A stretch of 63,331 bases of DNA, filler included, from Chrysochromulina tobinii (GCA_001275005.1; 3 parts of 3 records of this genome joined end to end with filler, not necessarily neighbours in it), one strand, 5' to 3'; counted from the whole stretch's first letter, positions 29,545 to 40,770 are shown. Numbers and translations are program-made. Notes: generated from the sequence alone by a model not told the origin.

Positions 29545-31482
29545 CTACATAGCCTCCAGACGGCTCGCCGCGAATTCCACGACACTCTCGATAGAGATGC
29601 CATCACCGACAAGCGCCACATCGTCGCGGAAGAGATCGAGGGCCAATGCGCCGACAACCTCATGGACGGCATGCCGCTTCAGGTAGGCTGAGAGCTCGAC
29701 GCCGCGGAGGACCGCCCCTCCCTCAACCACCTCTGGCAAAGACTCGACACGCCGCGAGGCATGCGCGCGCAGGTGGGACGCCATCTGAGCGTATGGCGGC
29801 CCGTTTGGCCGCACAGAGAGCACCGCGTTGAGTGCATGCGAGAGCCGCTGACCAAGCTCATCGACTGCAGCCTCCTTGGACACCGTGGTGGCAATGACGG
29901 TGTCAACCGCGGTCGAAGAGGAGGCTGTGTCGCTCGAGGCCGTATCGATGGACTCGGCCACCGATGCCACCTTCATAGGCGCCGTCGTTGAATTCACCTC
30001 CGCCTCCGCCTCCTCCGCCTCCTCCGCCTCGGCAGCATTTGCCTGGTCCGCCTCCGCTGCCACCACCTCTGCCCCCGAGCGTGGAGCCCCATCCGGCATC
30101 CTCCTGCGCCCGCCGCGTCGCCTCCGTCGCCTCCCCCCTCCGGTGACAGAGGAGGTGTCGCTGTATGCTGAATCCGCCTTTTCAGCCGCCGCCTTCTCGG
30201 CCGCCGCCTTCTCCGCCGCCGCCTTCGCGTCCACCACCGCCTTCGCCTCCGCCGCCGCCATCGCCTCGGCCGCCGCCTTCGCCTCGGCCGCCGCCTTCGC
30301 CTCCGCCGCCTTCGCCTCCGCCGCCGCCATCGCCTCGGCCGCCGCCTTCGCCTCGGCCGCCGCCTTCGCCGCCGCCGCCTTCGCCTCGGCCGCCGCCTTC
30401 GCCTCGGCCGCCGCCTTCGCCTCGGCCGCCTTTGCCTCGGCCGCCGCCTTCGCCTCGGCCGCCGCCTTCGCCTCCGCCGCCTTTGCCTCGGCCGCCGCCT
30501 TCGCCTCGGCCGCCGCCTTCGCCTCCGCCGCCTTTGCCTCGGCCGCCGCCTTCGCCTCAGCCGCCGCCATCGCCTCGGCCGCCGCCTTCGCCTCCGCCGC
30601 CGCCTTCGCCTCCGCCGCCTTTGCCTCGGCCGCCGCCTTCGCCTCGGCCGCCGCCTTCGCCTCCGCCGCCATCGCCTCTGCCGCCTTCGCCTCCGCCACA
30701 GCCTTCGCCTCGGCCGCTTCCTTCTCTGCAACAAGGGCTCTGGAGGCCTCACGAAGCCACTCGGGCGACGGGCCGTCATCTGTTGTCCGCGGTGTGGGCG
30801 GACTTGAGGTGGGAGAGCCGACCTCGTCCTCCTCCGTGTCCGCCTCCGCCTCCTCCGCCCTCTTCGCCTCCTCCACCCTCTGCGCTGCCTCCTCCTCCCC
30901 CCTCCGCAGCGACTCTTCTGCCACCTCTCGCGCCTCGTCGAGGAGACGCTGTCGCTCCTCATCTTCCATCCGCAGCCCCTCCGCCTCGGCCTCAAGCCTT
31001 AGCCGCTCCTCCTCCAAGCGCTCCTCAAACCGGTCTGCCTCCAGTCGGAGACGCTCCTTCTCATCGGCGGTCTGAAGCTCCTCCTCGGCCTCTAGCCTCA
31101 GCCGCTCCTCGACCTCGCGATGCTCCTGCTCCTCGAACCTGATCGACAAACTCAGCTCCGCCATACCGCGGACCTCAAGAGAGCAGCTTAGGAGATCTCC
31201 AACGCTCTTACGGGGTGCCGCTGCGGTGACCTCCTCGCCCTGCTCGTTGAATAGTTGCTCGCATGGTCGCTCGGGGGCCTTCCCGTCGACCACGTCGTCT
31301 GCGCCAAGTGCCGTCTGTGGGTTTTTGGGGGGCATGCTCTGTTCTGACGCAGCCATCTTGGCCTTGAAATCATCGATGAACTCAGATTGGTCTGCGTGGT
31401 CCCCGACCCTGTTATCGCAGCCGCATAGCTTCAGCAAGTTTGCGTATACAGAGCGCAACGGGTCGTTGCTGTAAGTGTCCAT
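29545..31482 (-). CDS. Glu/Ala/Lys-rich repeat protein with C-terminal Dpy-30/RIIa-like helical motifs
   Basis: Long EAKAAA array. C-terminal LSHALNAVLSVRPNGPPYAQMASHL and YLKRHAVHEVVGALALDLF. Confidence 0.65.
   Translation of the reverse strand: MDTYSNDPLRSVYANLLKLCGCDNRVGDHADQSEFIDDFKAKMAASEQSMPPKNPQTALGADDVVDGKAPERPCEQLFNEQGEEVTAAAPRKSVGDLLSCSLEVRGMAELSLSIRFEEQEHREVEERLRLEAEEELQTADEKERLRLEADRFEERLEEERLRLEAEAEGLRMEDEERQRLLDEAREVAEESLRRGEEEAAQRVEEAKRAEEAEADTEEDEVGSPTSSPPTPRTTDDGPSPEWLREASRALVAEKEAAEAKAVAEAKAAEAMAAEAKAAAEAKAAAEAKAAEAKAAAEAKAAAEAMAAAEAKAAAEAKAAEAKAAAEAKAAAEAKAAEAKAAAEAKAAAEAKAAEAKAAAEAKAAAEAKAAAAKAAAEAKAAAEAMAAAEAKAAEAKAAAEAKAAAEAMAAAEAKAVVDAKAAAEKAAAEKAAAEKADSAYSDTSSVTGGGRRRRRRGGRRRMPDGAPRSGAEVVAAEADQANAAEAEEAEEAEAEVNSTTAPMKVASVAESIDTASSDTASSSTAVDTVIATTVSKEAAVDELGQRLSHALNAVLSVRPNGPPYAQMASHLRAHASRRVESLPEVVEGGAVLRGVELSAYLKRHAVHEVVGALALDLFRDDVALVGDGISIESVVEFAASRLEAM
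30175..30720 (-). repeat. Coding minisatellite (15/18-bp units) encoding EAKAA(A)
   Basis: Repeated gccgccttcgcctcggcc on the + strand. Confidence 0.95.
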
Positions 31483-31817
31483 GGTGAAGATCGTTCGCTT
31501 GATGAAGGCCGCACCGGCCCCGCGGCTCAATCGCGTGTCGACGTGGAGTTTCGTTCCCAAAACGAACTGCCCCAAAAGGGGGAATAGGCATCTCGAAAGC
31601 AACGCACGACTACCGGGTACGATCACGTTCGATTACTTTCAAAAGCGACGGAAAATGAAAATGTTTCATTCTCATGAGTTTTTGCCGCACCCCCGTCGCA
31701 AACTCTCGATGCGGACGGCAGCAGCGGCGGCCTCAGCGGCGGCAGCGACGCTGGTGCCAGTGCTCTGAACACGTGGCTCGTTTGCTCTCCCGTCGCGACG
31801 CTCTATCGCACGCCACG

Positions 31818-32897
31818 ATGCCCTCTGAGCGCGTCGACGGCGCACCGGCTCTCGACTACATCGAGCCGATCGACGTGCTCAACCTCTTGTCGATGCCCAA
31901 GTTCCTCATCATTGACTGCCGGCGCATCCTTCGCACCGGGCTGCTTCCCAACACGGCCGTCTTCCGGCGTCGAGGCGAGGAGACACTCGAGAAGGCCATG
32001 GGCCGCATCATCGAGGACGTCATGTTCACCAACCCACCCGAGGACCAGAGCCGCGCCCTGATCGTTGACTACAATGGTTCAGGGGCCGGCGTTGAGGCGG
32101 AGGACATGGCGGGTGTTGCCGCCTATCTGAGTGCGCGGGTGGGCTGCTCTCAGTGCATGCGCATCCAGGGCGGCGCGCACGCGCTCATGGCGTCGCATCG
32201 GTTTCTCTTCAGTCTGAGCAAGGAAGCCGCCGCCAACCTGCCCTCGAAACTCAGCAGCCGCCTCTTCATTGGCTCGACGGCGAGCGCTATCGATCCACAG
32301 ATGCTCGATGGGCTCGGCATCACGCACGTGGTGAGTGTGCTGCGCCGGCAGCTGCAGCTCGAGCACGTGCCGCGCGAGCGCCATCTCGTGCTGCACGTGG
32401 GTGCCACGCAATGCGAGGGCACCAGCGGCGTGCGCCACCTGCTCAAGATGGCGCTGCCGTTCCTAGTCGAGGTGCTCAGCGGCGCGGACGATGTTCGACG
32501 GGTGCTCATTCACAGCGAAGACGGCAAGGGGGCGGGCGCGACGGCGCTTGCATGCGCCGCGCTCCTCGCCGACAGTGCCTGCCAGATGGACCTCGATGGC
32601 GTGATCGGCCACCTCGCCCAATGCCGGCCAGCAGCGCCGCTGCTGGCGCCGACGGTGCAGCAGCTGCGGGAAGTGGAGGCATGGCTCTTGGATGGTGTGA
32701 ATGATGGTATGCCGATTCCGGGCGCCGATGACGTCGATGAAGACTGCATGCCGCCCAAATGCGCGCACGCGCCCTCCTGCGACAAGACTCAGGCGATGAG
32801 TATCGGCCCTCCACCGCCATTGCCCTTGCCACCCGCTCCGCTTGCGCCGCCAGCGGACAAGGACGAGGAAGACGACGACGGCGACTTTGCTGGCTGA
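31818..32897 (+). CDS. Rhodanese + dual-specificity phosphatase fold (MAPK-phosphatase-like), probably catalytically inactive
   Basis: LIIDCR, IQGG, PSKLSSRLFIGS, LGITHVVSV. The P-loop reads VLIHSEDGKGAG instead of HCxxGxxR. Confidence 0.8.
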   Translation: MPSERVDGAPALDYIEPIDVLNLLSMPKFLIIDCRRILRTGLLPNTAVFRRRGEETLEKAMGRIIEDVMFTNPPEDQSRALIVDYNGSGAGVEAEDMAGVAAYLSARVGCSQCMRIQGGAHALMASHRFLFSLSKEAAANLPSKLSSRLFIGSTASAIDPQMLDGLGITHVVSVLRRQLQLEHVPRERHLVLHVGATQCEGTSGVRHLLKMALPFLVEVLSGADDVRRVLIHSEDGKGAGATALACAALLADSACQMDLDGVIGHLAQCRPAAPLLAPTVQQLREVEAWLLDGVNDGMPIPGADDVDEDCMPPKCAHAPSCDKTQAMSIGPPPPLPLPPAPLAPPADKDEEDDDGDFAG

Positions 32898-33294
32898 CGC
32901 CGAAGCGCGTTTTGAGCACATTTTAGGGAAGTTAAAGGAAGTGGGAATTGATCCAAGAACGCCATGCCATGTCCGATGTCGCATTTTGGCCCTCACCGGG
33001 CGTCGCGCAAATACGACCGCGCCCGCGAATTAGCCGAAACAATTCGTGTTTCGTCCCGAAACCGACCGCGCCGACGAGGCGCCTTACGAGTTCCGCCCCC
33101 CCGTCGCGTGGCGGCGTGGGGCGTGGCGCGGCGGTCTGTGGGGTGCGTGGACTTGCATGCGATGAAATTGCGAATCATGGTCCGTTCTAGGTCCGTTCAT
33201 GAACCTTGAACCATGTACGATGTAGCATGTACGATTTGGCGCCGCCGCCGGGGGGCTTGTGCCCGCCATGTGACACAGTATGCGAATTATACGC

Positions 33295-34416
33295 TCAAGG
33301 GGATGAACTCATAATGCGCATGCGACGTCCGAGTCGCCTCCTTGCCGCCTCGCGGCTGTGGTTCAACATCCGCCTCTTACTCTTGCCACGGCCACCTCCG
33401 CCGTCGCTGCCGTTGCTACTGGGGCTGTCGGTGTCGCCCGGACACACACGCTGCGTCGGCGAGTAGATGTAGATTGCGTCCGTGAGCCGTGCCTTGAACT
33501 CGGGCACTCGCGAAACAACCCACGGGTATGAAATCTTTTCATAAGCGCTCCAGCGAGCCACCTCGTGCAGCCAGAGTCGAGACATCTTCTCCGTCACGTT
33601 GCCTGGCGCCGGCCAGATCATCCACAGCGTATCGACTACAGGCAGCCGATCAGATGTGTTGAAGCCTGTATGCGCCATACGCGCGAGGACCTCGTCAAGC
33701 TCAACAAGATCCCTGCCTGCACCAACATCCTTGCTCGAGTTGCGCCGCTCCAAGTAACCACGGGTCATCTCGATCTGGCCAGGCATGACTGCACGGCCTG
33801 ACCAGCCCGGTATCTTGGACGCCAGTAGGTGGGGCTGGTCTGCAGCGCCTCTTTCAAGCTCTTTTCCGCGCACCATGTGCGGCAGTCCAAGACAACGAGC
33901 CTGTGGCAGAGCGTGGTTGACGAAGACGATTCGTTGTTGGACAAGAACAGCCGGCATGATCACCTTGAAGATGTTTTCATTGCGCTCGTATGTGCCAAAG
34001 AGGACCAAAGGGATCTTCGTCCAGGATGGTGCGACATGCTCTTCGCGGTCCATGAATGCCAGCCAACATTCAGATGAGTTGGTGTGCGGCGGCCTCAATG
34101 CTGCGAGGCTTCCTTGGTAGATGGCAGTGATCACGACCCAGTCGCAATTCTTCCGTGCGGCGTGCACTGCTGGCTGGGAGCGGCTCAGCTCGACGAGATG
34201 ATGATCGCTCATCGCTTTGTTGAACTTTGGAACAACGTTGGGGATGTCACCGTACACATCCTGCTGCAGATAAGTACCTGCCATGTGACGTCTCGCGAAA
34301 CACGAAGTCCGCGCCTCGGCGCGCCGCGGCGCGGGGTCCTGTGGCCCAATTGCAATCGTCATCGACACGCGGACCGACTTCGCATCTAGCCGACGCCCAC
34401 TCGATGACGAGAGCAA
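33295..34416 (-). CDS. DUF616 (TOD1/MUCI70-like) putative glycosyltransferase
   Basis: VVITAIY, CWLAFMD, RNENIFKVIMP and LWLHEVARWSAYEKISYPWV resemble DUF616 blocks. Start uncertain (ATG 34284 is possible). Confidence 0.55.
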   Translation of the reverse strand: MLSSSSGRRLDAKSVRVSMTIAIGPQDPAPRRAEARTSCFARRHMAGTYLQQDVYGDIPNVVPKFNKAMSDHHLVELSRSQPAVHAARKNCDWVVITAIYQGSLAALRPPHTNSSECWLAFMDREEHVAPSWTKIPLVLFGTYERNENIFKVIMPAVLVQQRIVFVNHALPQARCLGLPHMVRGKELERGAADQPHLLASKIPGWSGRAVMPGQIEMTRGYLERRNSSKDVGAGRDLVELDEVLARMAHTGFNTSDRLPVVDTLWMIWPAPGNVTEKMSRLWLHEVARWSAYEKISYPWVVSRVPEFKARLTDAIYIYSPTQRVCPGDTDSPSSNGSDGGGGRGKSKRRMLNHSREAARRRLGRRMRIMSSSP

Positions 34417-35231
34417 TTAGGGCTCCGCGCGAGCGGGAACGGCGGAGAGTGACGTGCAGTACCCTTGCAGTGACGGTAATAGTTGCTGACCGCGAGACAA
34501 CCAGAGAGAGAGTTGTAACTTACCTTACTTACCAAGCTACCTACACATTGGCAGGACCTGCGAGACAACCAAACGTCCAAACCTTGGTCTCGAAGGGGGT
34601 CTCGAACCTTGGTCCAAACCTCACATCCCCTACATGTAGCCCCACTTGCTCAGTCCTTCAGTCAGTAAGTTATGTCGCGGTCCCCCCGCGCTCACCGCAC
34701 TCCGTCTCAAAGGACGGCTCCGCTGCCCTCTCGGTCAACACAAGTACTAAGTACTCGCTCTCTCGGGCTACTCAATTGTTGCTACATGTAGTGAGGTCGT
34801 TCTGACGTGCTCTCCCAGTGCGCACAGGGTGATCCCTGCAGGGGTTCCCTGCAGCTCGCTGCCCGTAGATGCTGCTGGGCGGGATTGTGACCTACTTGCT
34901 ACTAACCCTGCGCTCTAGTAGCCGCCCTCTTGTAAACACTATAAGTATAACCGGATCCAATTCCAAAATCGAGCTGAGTCGTATGGGTCGCGACACCGAG
35001 ACTGGGGCACTGGGCAGTGGCACACGGCCACCCCGGCCGGACGGGACTCGGGAGGCAATCCCCGTGAGCGGTGAACGCTGAACCCGGACCCGACTCAATC
35101 GTGCGTGCGTGAGAGTCCCTAGAGAGAGTCCCGGCTCCCCCCGGGGTCTTTGAACTAACATAAACGTTTAGAATAACCTCCAAGTTTTTCGTGGGCTCCG
35201 AACACGGCTTTGATTACGTACAAAACCCCGT

Positions 35232-36155
35232 CTACCAATCGTCCGGACGATCATCGTCCGCGATAAGGACGCCGTCCCAACGAACGTAGGCACCCGCCTT
35301 AGCGAGGACTACCTGCAGCGCCCGCCCGTGCACCGGATGCTCCTCGTCGATGACCCAATAGCTCTCGTCTGGGACGGCACGCCCCTTGAGCTGCCCTTCC
35401 ACGAGGCGGCTGTCGACCGTATCAGGCGCGCCCACGCGCACCGACAGCTTGGTCGGTCGGATGTCGCAGGTCACGTCACGTGCGCCCTCGCCCTCGTGCA
35501 GCGGCAGCCACAGCGTGACCTCCTCACCACCCTCGCTCCACGTGTACGCCTTGGCGGTGCCCGAGCTCGCCGCCTTGCCCTCGAGAGCCTTCTTGTACGT
35601 GTCCACGTCGAACGAGTCATTCTCGACTGGCGGACCTGCATGCCACTCGATGAGCTCGACGTCGTACAGCAGCGTCGCATTCGGCGGGATGTGGGAGCCG
35701 ACGCCCTTGGTGCCGTACGCCCAGCGCGGCTCGCAGCGCAAGCGGGCGCGCTCGCCCGTACGCATCGAGCGTACGCCACGCTCCATGCCATCGACGACCG
35801 TGCCGGTGTTGAGCTGAAACTCGTAAGGCTTCTCGGCAAAGGCGTCGTCGAAGACGGTGCCGTTCGGGAATTTACCAACGAAGCGTACGCTCACCATGGC
35901 GCCCCAAGCGGGCGTCTCGCTGTTCTCGTCCGCCGCGGGGCGTGTCACTGTCTTAGTGAGGCCACCTTCTGATGAGAGCGCCACCGAGGGCAGCGCTGCA
36001 CCATCAGCGTCTGCGGCGGTGTCGGCGAGCGGCACATCGCAGCAGCGCACACTTGCTCGGGTGATCGTGCACGGCCGAAGCGAATGTGCGGCTCGTACGG
36101 ATTGAAGCAGGTACGATGGTGTCGCTACATGCAGGGCGACAAGGGCCGCCCACAT
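35232..36155 (-). CDS. FKBP-type peptidyl-prolyl isomerase + CS/NudC domain, with a probable targeting leader
   Basis: GKFPNGTVFD, GMERGVRSMRTGE, AYG..G....IPPNATLLYDVELI. CS domain YTWSE...LKGRAVPDESYWVID. Confidence 0.9.
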   Translation of the reverse strand: MWAALVALHVATPSYLLQSVRAAHSLRPCTITRASVRCCDVPLADTAADADGAALPSVALSSEGGLTKTVTRPAADENSETPAWGAMVSVRFVGKFPNGTVFDDAFAEKPYEFQLNTGTVVDGMERGVRSMRTGERARLRCEPRWAYGTKGVGSHIPPNATLLYDVELIEWHAGPPVENDSFDVDTYKKALEGKAASSGTAKAYTWSEGGEEVTLWLPLHEGEGARDVTCDIRPTKLSVRVGAPDTVDSRLVEGQLKGRAVPDESYWVIDEEHPVHGRALQVVLAKAGAYVRWDGVLIADDDRPDDW

Positions 36156-36437
36156 ACCCGCGTCTCCGTGTAAGGGTGTGAAAACATACGAAAGGTCAGC
36201 TCAGAACGTCAAGAAACGCACCGCCTCTCGGCCACTAGCATCGGTAGACAGCTAAAAAAATTACGGCGAAAAGGTCAGCCCAGTAATCCGACGGCGAACG
36301 CGCCTCGAATGGCCACCTCAGGACCCCCTCACGAAACACTGCCACGCAGCGGGCGCGTCGCAGTCGGCACGCGGTGGACAAAGACACCGGAGGACAACAT
36401 TGCGAACACCAGCCCGTGGAGTGTGAATAGGCATGGT

Positions 36438-37640
36438 TCACATCTCACCGGCCGTGGTCGGCCGCCCTTGCTCCTTGCGCAGCCTCTGCAGCGACTCGTA
36501 CGCCATCTGCACTTCGCGGAAGCGCAGCTCGTGGACCTCGCGCTCGGCTTCGTCGGGTACCTTATCAGGATGGAACGCGAGCGCCATCTGCCGGTACGCC
36601 TTCCTGATCTCGGCGAGGGAGGCGCCCCGCGCGACGCCGAGCGACTCGCACGCGCGCCCCTCGCCGGTCGGATCGAACGTGTGCCACGCGCGTACCGCCG
36701 CCCTCCACAGCCCATGATGCGGAATGCTCTCGCGGAGTATACCGAGCGCCTCGGAGATGAGACTATGGGCATGGGCACGCACCTCGGCATCGTCCATGAG
36801 GCCGTGGACGGCGTGGGCGGCGGGTACCCACCGAACCTGCTCGTACGACCAGTACGAGCCCCACATATAGTACGCGAGCACGTAGCAAAGCCAGCCAGCC
36901 GAGCCCACAAGCAGCATGCGCGGTAGCCTCCACACGAGGCTGAGAGAGACTCCGGCCAAACGGCCTCGTTGTAGGCACGGGCAGATGAGCGCCCTCCGAT
37001 GCACGCCGAGAGAGGCGCCGATTACGGAGAGCGCGCAGGGTACGGCGCGCACCGCGCCACACAGCGTTCGGAGCCACCCAGGCAGACGCTCGTTCAGGTT
37101 GAGCAGCAGGTCGAGAGGCACTGCCAGGAGGAGCCCGGCGATGCTCGAGAGCACGCCCGAGAGGAAGCTGGTGTGGAGTGGCGGAGCCGAGCTGACGAGC
37201 CACGCGCCCAGCGTGGCGAATATGGGGCAGAGAACGCTTCCAACCCACGCGAGCACATCGGGAGGTACGTCGGCGATGGCGTAGCCAACATCTGGAGGTG
37301 CTGCGATCGCGCTGGGTACTGCCAATCCGAGGATGGCGCTCATGGCGATTGTGCCGACCCAGCGTGGCGCCGAAAAGAAGGGATGGGCAGGGGCTGCGCC
37401 ACCGCATGCCACGTGCACGTAGTGCGGCATCGCGAACCCATCATAGAGCCATGCAAAGCCAAAGCCGCCGAAGGTAGCGGCATGCGCCATGCCCTGCGTG
37501 TCCCGCCCGAGGTAGAGATGGTGCAGTCCGAGCGGTGGCGCGAGTAGCCACAGCAGATACGCCACCGCGAGGCTCAAGTGTGGCATCGCGACGTCCACAG
37601 CCGCCGCAGCAGAGGCGGTGCTCAGCGTGGGTGCCGACAT
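36438..37640 (-). CDS. DNAJC22: TM2-domain + C-terminal J-domain membrane protein (DNAJC22-like)
   Basis: AYLLWLL...[11 protein letters not shown] (TM2) and [16 protein letters not shown] (J domain). Confidence 0.8.
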   Translation of the reverse strand: MSAPTLSTASAAAAVDVAMPHLSLAVAYLLWLLAPPLGLHHLYLGRDTQGMAHAATFGGFGFAWLYDGFAMPHYVHVACGGAAPAHPFFSAPRWVGTIAMSAILGLAVPSAIAAPPDVGYAIADVPPDVLAWVGSVLCPIFATLGAWLVSSAPPLHTSFLSGVLSSIAGLLLAVPLDLLLNLNERLPGWLRTLCGAVRAVPCALSVIGASLGVHRRALICPCLQRGRLAGVSLSLVWRLPRMLLVGSAGWLCYVLAYYMWGSYWSYEQVRWVPAAHAVHGLMDDAEVRAHAHSLISEALGILRESIPHHGLWRAAVRAWHTFDPTGEGRACESLGVARGASLAEIRKAYRQMALAFHPDKVPDEAEREVHELRFREVQMAYESLQRLRKEQGRPTTAGEM

Positions 37641-37857
37641 TGAAAACACCCCTCGCGTTCGCGCACTTCAACGAATCGCGTGGTTCGAAACTTCGCAGCG
37701 CAGAAAAGTGCCCTTTTTGGAAGGTTCACGTTCACGACGTTAATTTGCCATCTCGGCAAGACGCACGACCACCGGTCCCGTGGAGACACACTGTGGAGGG
37801 CGCACGCCCTTTTTGGAATGTATCTTTTGAGAGAACGCAGCCATTTTACTACGGTCC

Positions 37858-37904
37858 TCAACGCCCCCACGAAGCCTGTTCACGGCGTACCTTGGGGACG
37901 CTTC

Positions 37905-37960
<56 letters not shown>

Positions 37961-39421
37961 TGCGGCGGCTCGGAGGTGCTTCCTTGTCGGCTCTCATGTA
38001 GTTTCCGTGGCGGCGGCAGCGGTGGCTTGGGGAAGCTCTCTTGTAGCTTTCGTGGCGGCGGCGGCGGTGGCTTGGAGAAGCTGGCCGCGTGCAGTTTTCG
38101 TGGCGGTGGCGGCGGTGGCTTGGGGAAGCTGGTCGCGTGGCGGCTGTGGTCATAGTGGCGCGAGTAGTTGACCGGTAGGAGCGGCGCGGCAAGGTCGGGC
38201 GCCATGCCGGGCGCATTTTCGAGCTCGAAGCGCGGCGACGTGGCGACGGTGGCGACGGCGGTGAGCACGAGGCCGAGAACAATGAGGGACGCGCCCGCGA
38301 GGCATCCACTCCGAGGGGCTTCCCCTAGCACGGCGTACGCCATCAGGCTCGTGAGAAGGGGCTGCACGATGCCGTACAGCGTGAGCAGCGTCGCAGGCAG
38401 CCGCTGGTTGGCATAGGTGAAGAGGCAGTAGGCGCCCACTCCGACGAAACTCACCTGATGAGGGACGCAATCAGACGCAATCAGTCATCAGGCAGTAGGC
38501 GCCCACTCCGACGAAACTCACTGTGAACGCGAGCGCCGCGAGCTCCTCGCGGCCGAGTGTAAAACGACCCAGCGCCATCGCGGGCGCCTGCTTGCACGCC
38601 ACGTAGTACGCCGCGCACGTGCCCGCCAAACTCACAGACGCGAGCGCGTATGCAGCAGCGAGCACCTCAAGCTCCCCATGACGGCGTAACAGGGCCTTCT
38701 GCGTGAGCACGAAGGCGACGCTGCCGCACGACGAGAGGAGCAGGAAAGCGCAGCCCACCAGGTACTGCATCTCGCCCTCTGGGTGAGTGCCGTCCTGAGC
38801 GCCCGTCGGGTTGTAGATGAGGACGGCGCAGCCGGCGCAGGCGCAGAGCACACCGGCGACCTTGGTGTACGACGGGCAGAGGGCGGAGCATCGTGCACCG
38901 CAGAGCGGCAGCGGCTCCCAGCCGAGCACTCCTGTGGTTACGAGCGTGAGGATCGGGATGAGCAGGTTGGACAGGCTCGCCGTGGTGGCGTCCACCTTGC
39001 GCACTCCGAGCAAGAAGGTCAGCTGCATGGCGCCCATCGCCACGCCGCAGCAAACAAGCAGAAAGACCTCGCGGCGCGTGTATGAGGACGATGGCTCACG
39101 TGAGACCCAGCGCTGAACGGCAGTCGCCATGCACAGAACAAGCGCGCAGCCCAGCTCGCGACAGGTCGCAAATATGATCGGATCGCTTCCGGTGCCCATC
39201 AAGCGCTTGCTGAGCACAGTCCACGAGCTCCACACAAGCTGCGCGCCGATCACCGCCGCGTGCGCTGCGGGCGCGGTGCAGAAAAGGCGCGTGCCGTTCG
39301 CCACCATGAAGACTCCCGACCCCGCGAGCGAGGCGTTGTCGCCCGCCGCAGGGAAGAATGACGAAAAAGGAATAGGATTTGTTTTGTCCCTAATGCGGAC
39401 AAATGCTTGAACTTCTTCCAA
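37858..39421 (-). CDS. EamA/DMT (WAT1-like) transporter with a Pro-rich tail; exons 39421-38522, 38454-37858
   Basis: DPIIFATCRELG, LSNLLIPILT, TKVAGV, YGIVQPLLTSLMAYAVLGE. Start uncertain. Confidence 0.85.
37906..37968 (+). repeat. (GGC)n microsatellite encoding poly-Pro in the DMT tail
   Basis: Run of ggc triplets. Adjacent ~45-48-bp repeats encode SFPKPPPPPPRKL. Confidence 0.9.
38455..38521 (-). other. GT-AG intron (67 bp) = perfect 32-bp exon duplication + 35-bp repeat/acceptor cassette
   Basis: 38423-38454 is identical to 38490-38521. Cassette: gatgactgattgcgtctgattgcgtccctcatcag. Confidence 0.92.
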
Positions 39422-39720
39422 GCTCCTTACTCCTCACTCCATGTAAGTCAATCCATGTACTGATGTACGCCAGAGGACGCATACATTGTACCTTTGTACG
39501 CATGCAACATGTTGGGCGCGAGCTCGTAGCTCGGGCAAAGCGACGCGCGAAGAACAGCGGGAGGAAAGGCGGCACAGCCGTAACGCGTCGAGCGCTCAGA
39601 TGAGCGTTCAGAACATGATCATAAACTTAATCAGCGTGCGTTGGCCCGCAGAGGCTGTTGCCGCGGTCTGAATCTGTGTCGCGAGCGACGCTTGTACCGG
39701 CATCACCCAGAGGTAGCGAC

Positions 39721-40770
39721 ATGGCGGAGAAGGACTCCGCTCCCGACGCACAACCCTTACAGCGCAGGAATAGCTTGTCGGATATGACGGCCGCAGCGTC
39801 GGCCGCAGCAGCACGCTCGACGAAGTTCGTGTCCGACCAGACAGCTATGGTGCTCGAGCAGCTCGATCAGATTGGTGACGGGGACCCGGCGCCCAAGACA
39901 GTTCAAGGCTTCCTGCTTACGTTTGCTGCCATGGCCCTGCTCATCGCGTACACAGTGATCGAGTCGCTCAAATTCAATGATGCGCCTTTTCCCAAGTCCG
40001 CCGAGCTCAAATGGACCGTCGTTGATGGGCCGATTGGCGGCGTCGGCAATGGGCCGCTCTTTCCGATGAATATTGTCTGCCAGGCGGCATCGGGCTGCCT
40101 GCTCGCACTGTCGTACTCGGGGCAGCGTGGCAGCTCGGCAAACTGTCGCGCTGCGACGGCTGCGGCGGGGGCACCGCTGCAGCATGGGCAGATCGTTTCG
40201 CTGCTAGATGGCGAGGCTATCACAACGTTCGCGTGCTACACAGACAACCCGGAGGATGGTTTGTTCGCGTACCACAACGGCACGTCGCCGTTCGGAGTGG
40301 GTGTCACCTCGATAGGGTTCGTGACGGGGGGGCCCGTCGCGCTCGACGTTCCGATCCGCGCGGGACGCACGCTCTTCAACCTCGTCAACACGACCAACCA
40401 CACGACGGTGGGGTTTGGCTACGTGCGCTACGAGTGGTACCCCTCTCTTTTGGGCGTGACGCTCGTTGACACGTCGGTGGCGGAGTTGCACAACGTGACG
40501 TCCCAGTATGCCACGCAACTCTTCATCGACGCACAGTGGACCTCGGTCGAAGTGGACCAGAAAGATCTCCTCCAGTTCATCTCCACCGTCGGTGGCACCT
40601 GGACGCTGCTGCTCACCGTGGGGGCCCTCACACTGTACTTCTACCAAAAGTCCGTCGACCTCTACACCTCGCCAAGCGCGAAGCGCTTCTTGGCGACGCT
40701 CTGCTGCATCGAACTACCCGCGGATTCTCGGACGGCGCGAAAACAAGTCTCGCCTGCGACGTCGAGTTAG
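39721..40770 (+). CDS. Two-TM membrane protein with a large Cys/N-glycan-site ectodomain
   Basis: TM1 GFLLTFAAMALLIAYTVI; TM2 LLQFISTVGGTWTLLLTVGALTLYF. Confidence 0.7.
   Translation: MAEKDSAPDAQPLQRRNSLSDMTAAASAAAARSTKFVSDQTAMVLEQLDQIGDGDPAPKTVQGFLLTFAAMALLIAYTVIESLKFNDAPFPKSAELKWTVVDGPIGGVGNGPLFPMNIVCQAASGCLLALSYSGQRGSSANCRAATAAAGAPLQHGQIVSLLDGEAITTFACYTDNPEDGLFAYHNGTSPFGVGVTSIGFVTGGPVALDVPIRAGRTLFNLVNTTNHTTVGFGYVRYEWYPSLLGVTLVDTSVAELHNVTSQYATQLFIDAQWTSVEVDQKDLLQFISTVGGTWTLLLTVGALTLYFYQKSVDLYTSPSAKRFLATLCCIELPADSRTARKQVSPATSS

Noticed and set aside
29876..31142. Long Ser/Ala, poly-Arg and poly-Pro ORFs overlapping real genes (also 34-1356, 50049-50832 and many others)
   Set aside because: These are shadow frames of GC-rich, repetitive coding sequence with no domain motifs.
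38446..38521. Hammerhead ribozyme: the antisense of the shared acceptor begins CTGATGAG and CGAAAC lies nearby
   Set aside because: CGAAAC belongs to the duplicated exon, is absent at the other copies, and no consistent stems I-III form.
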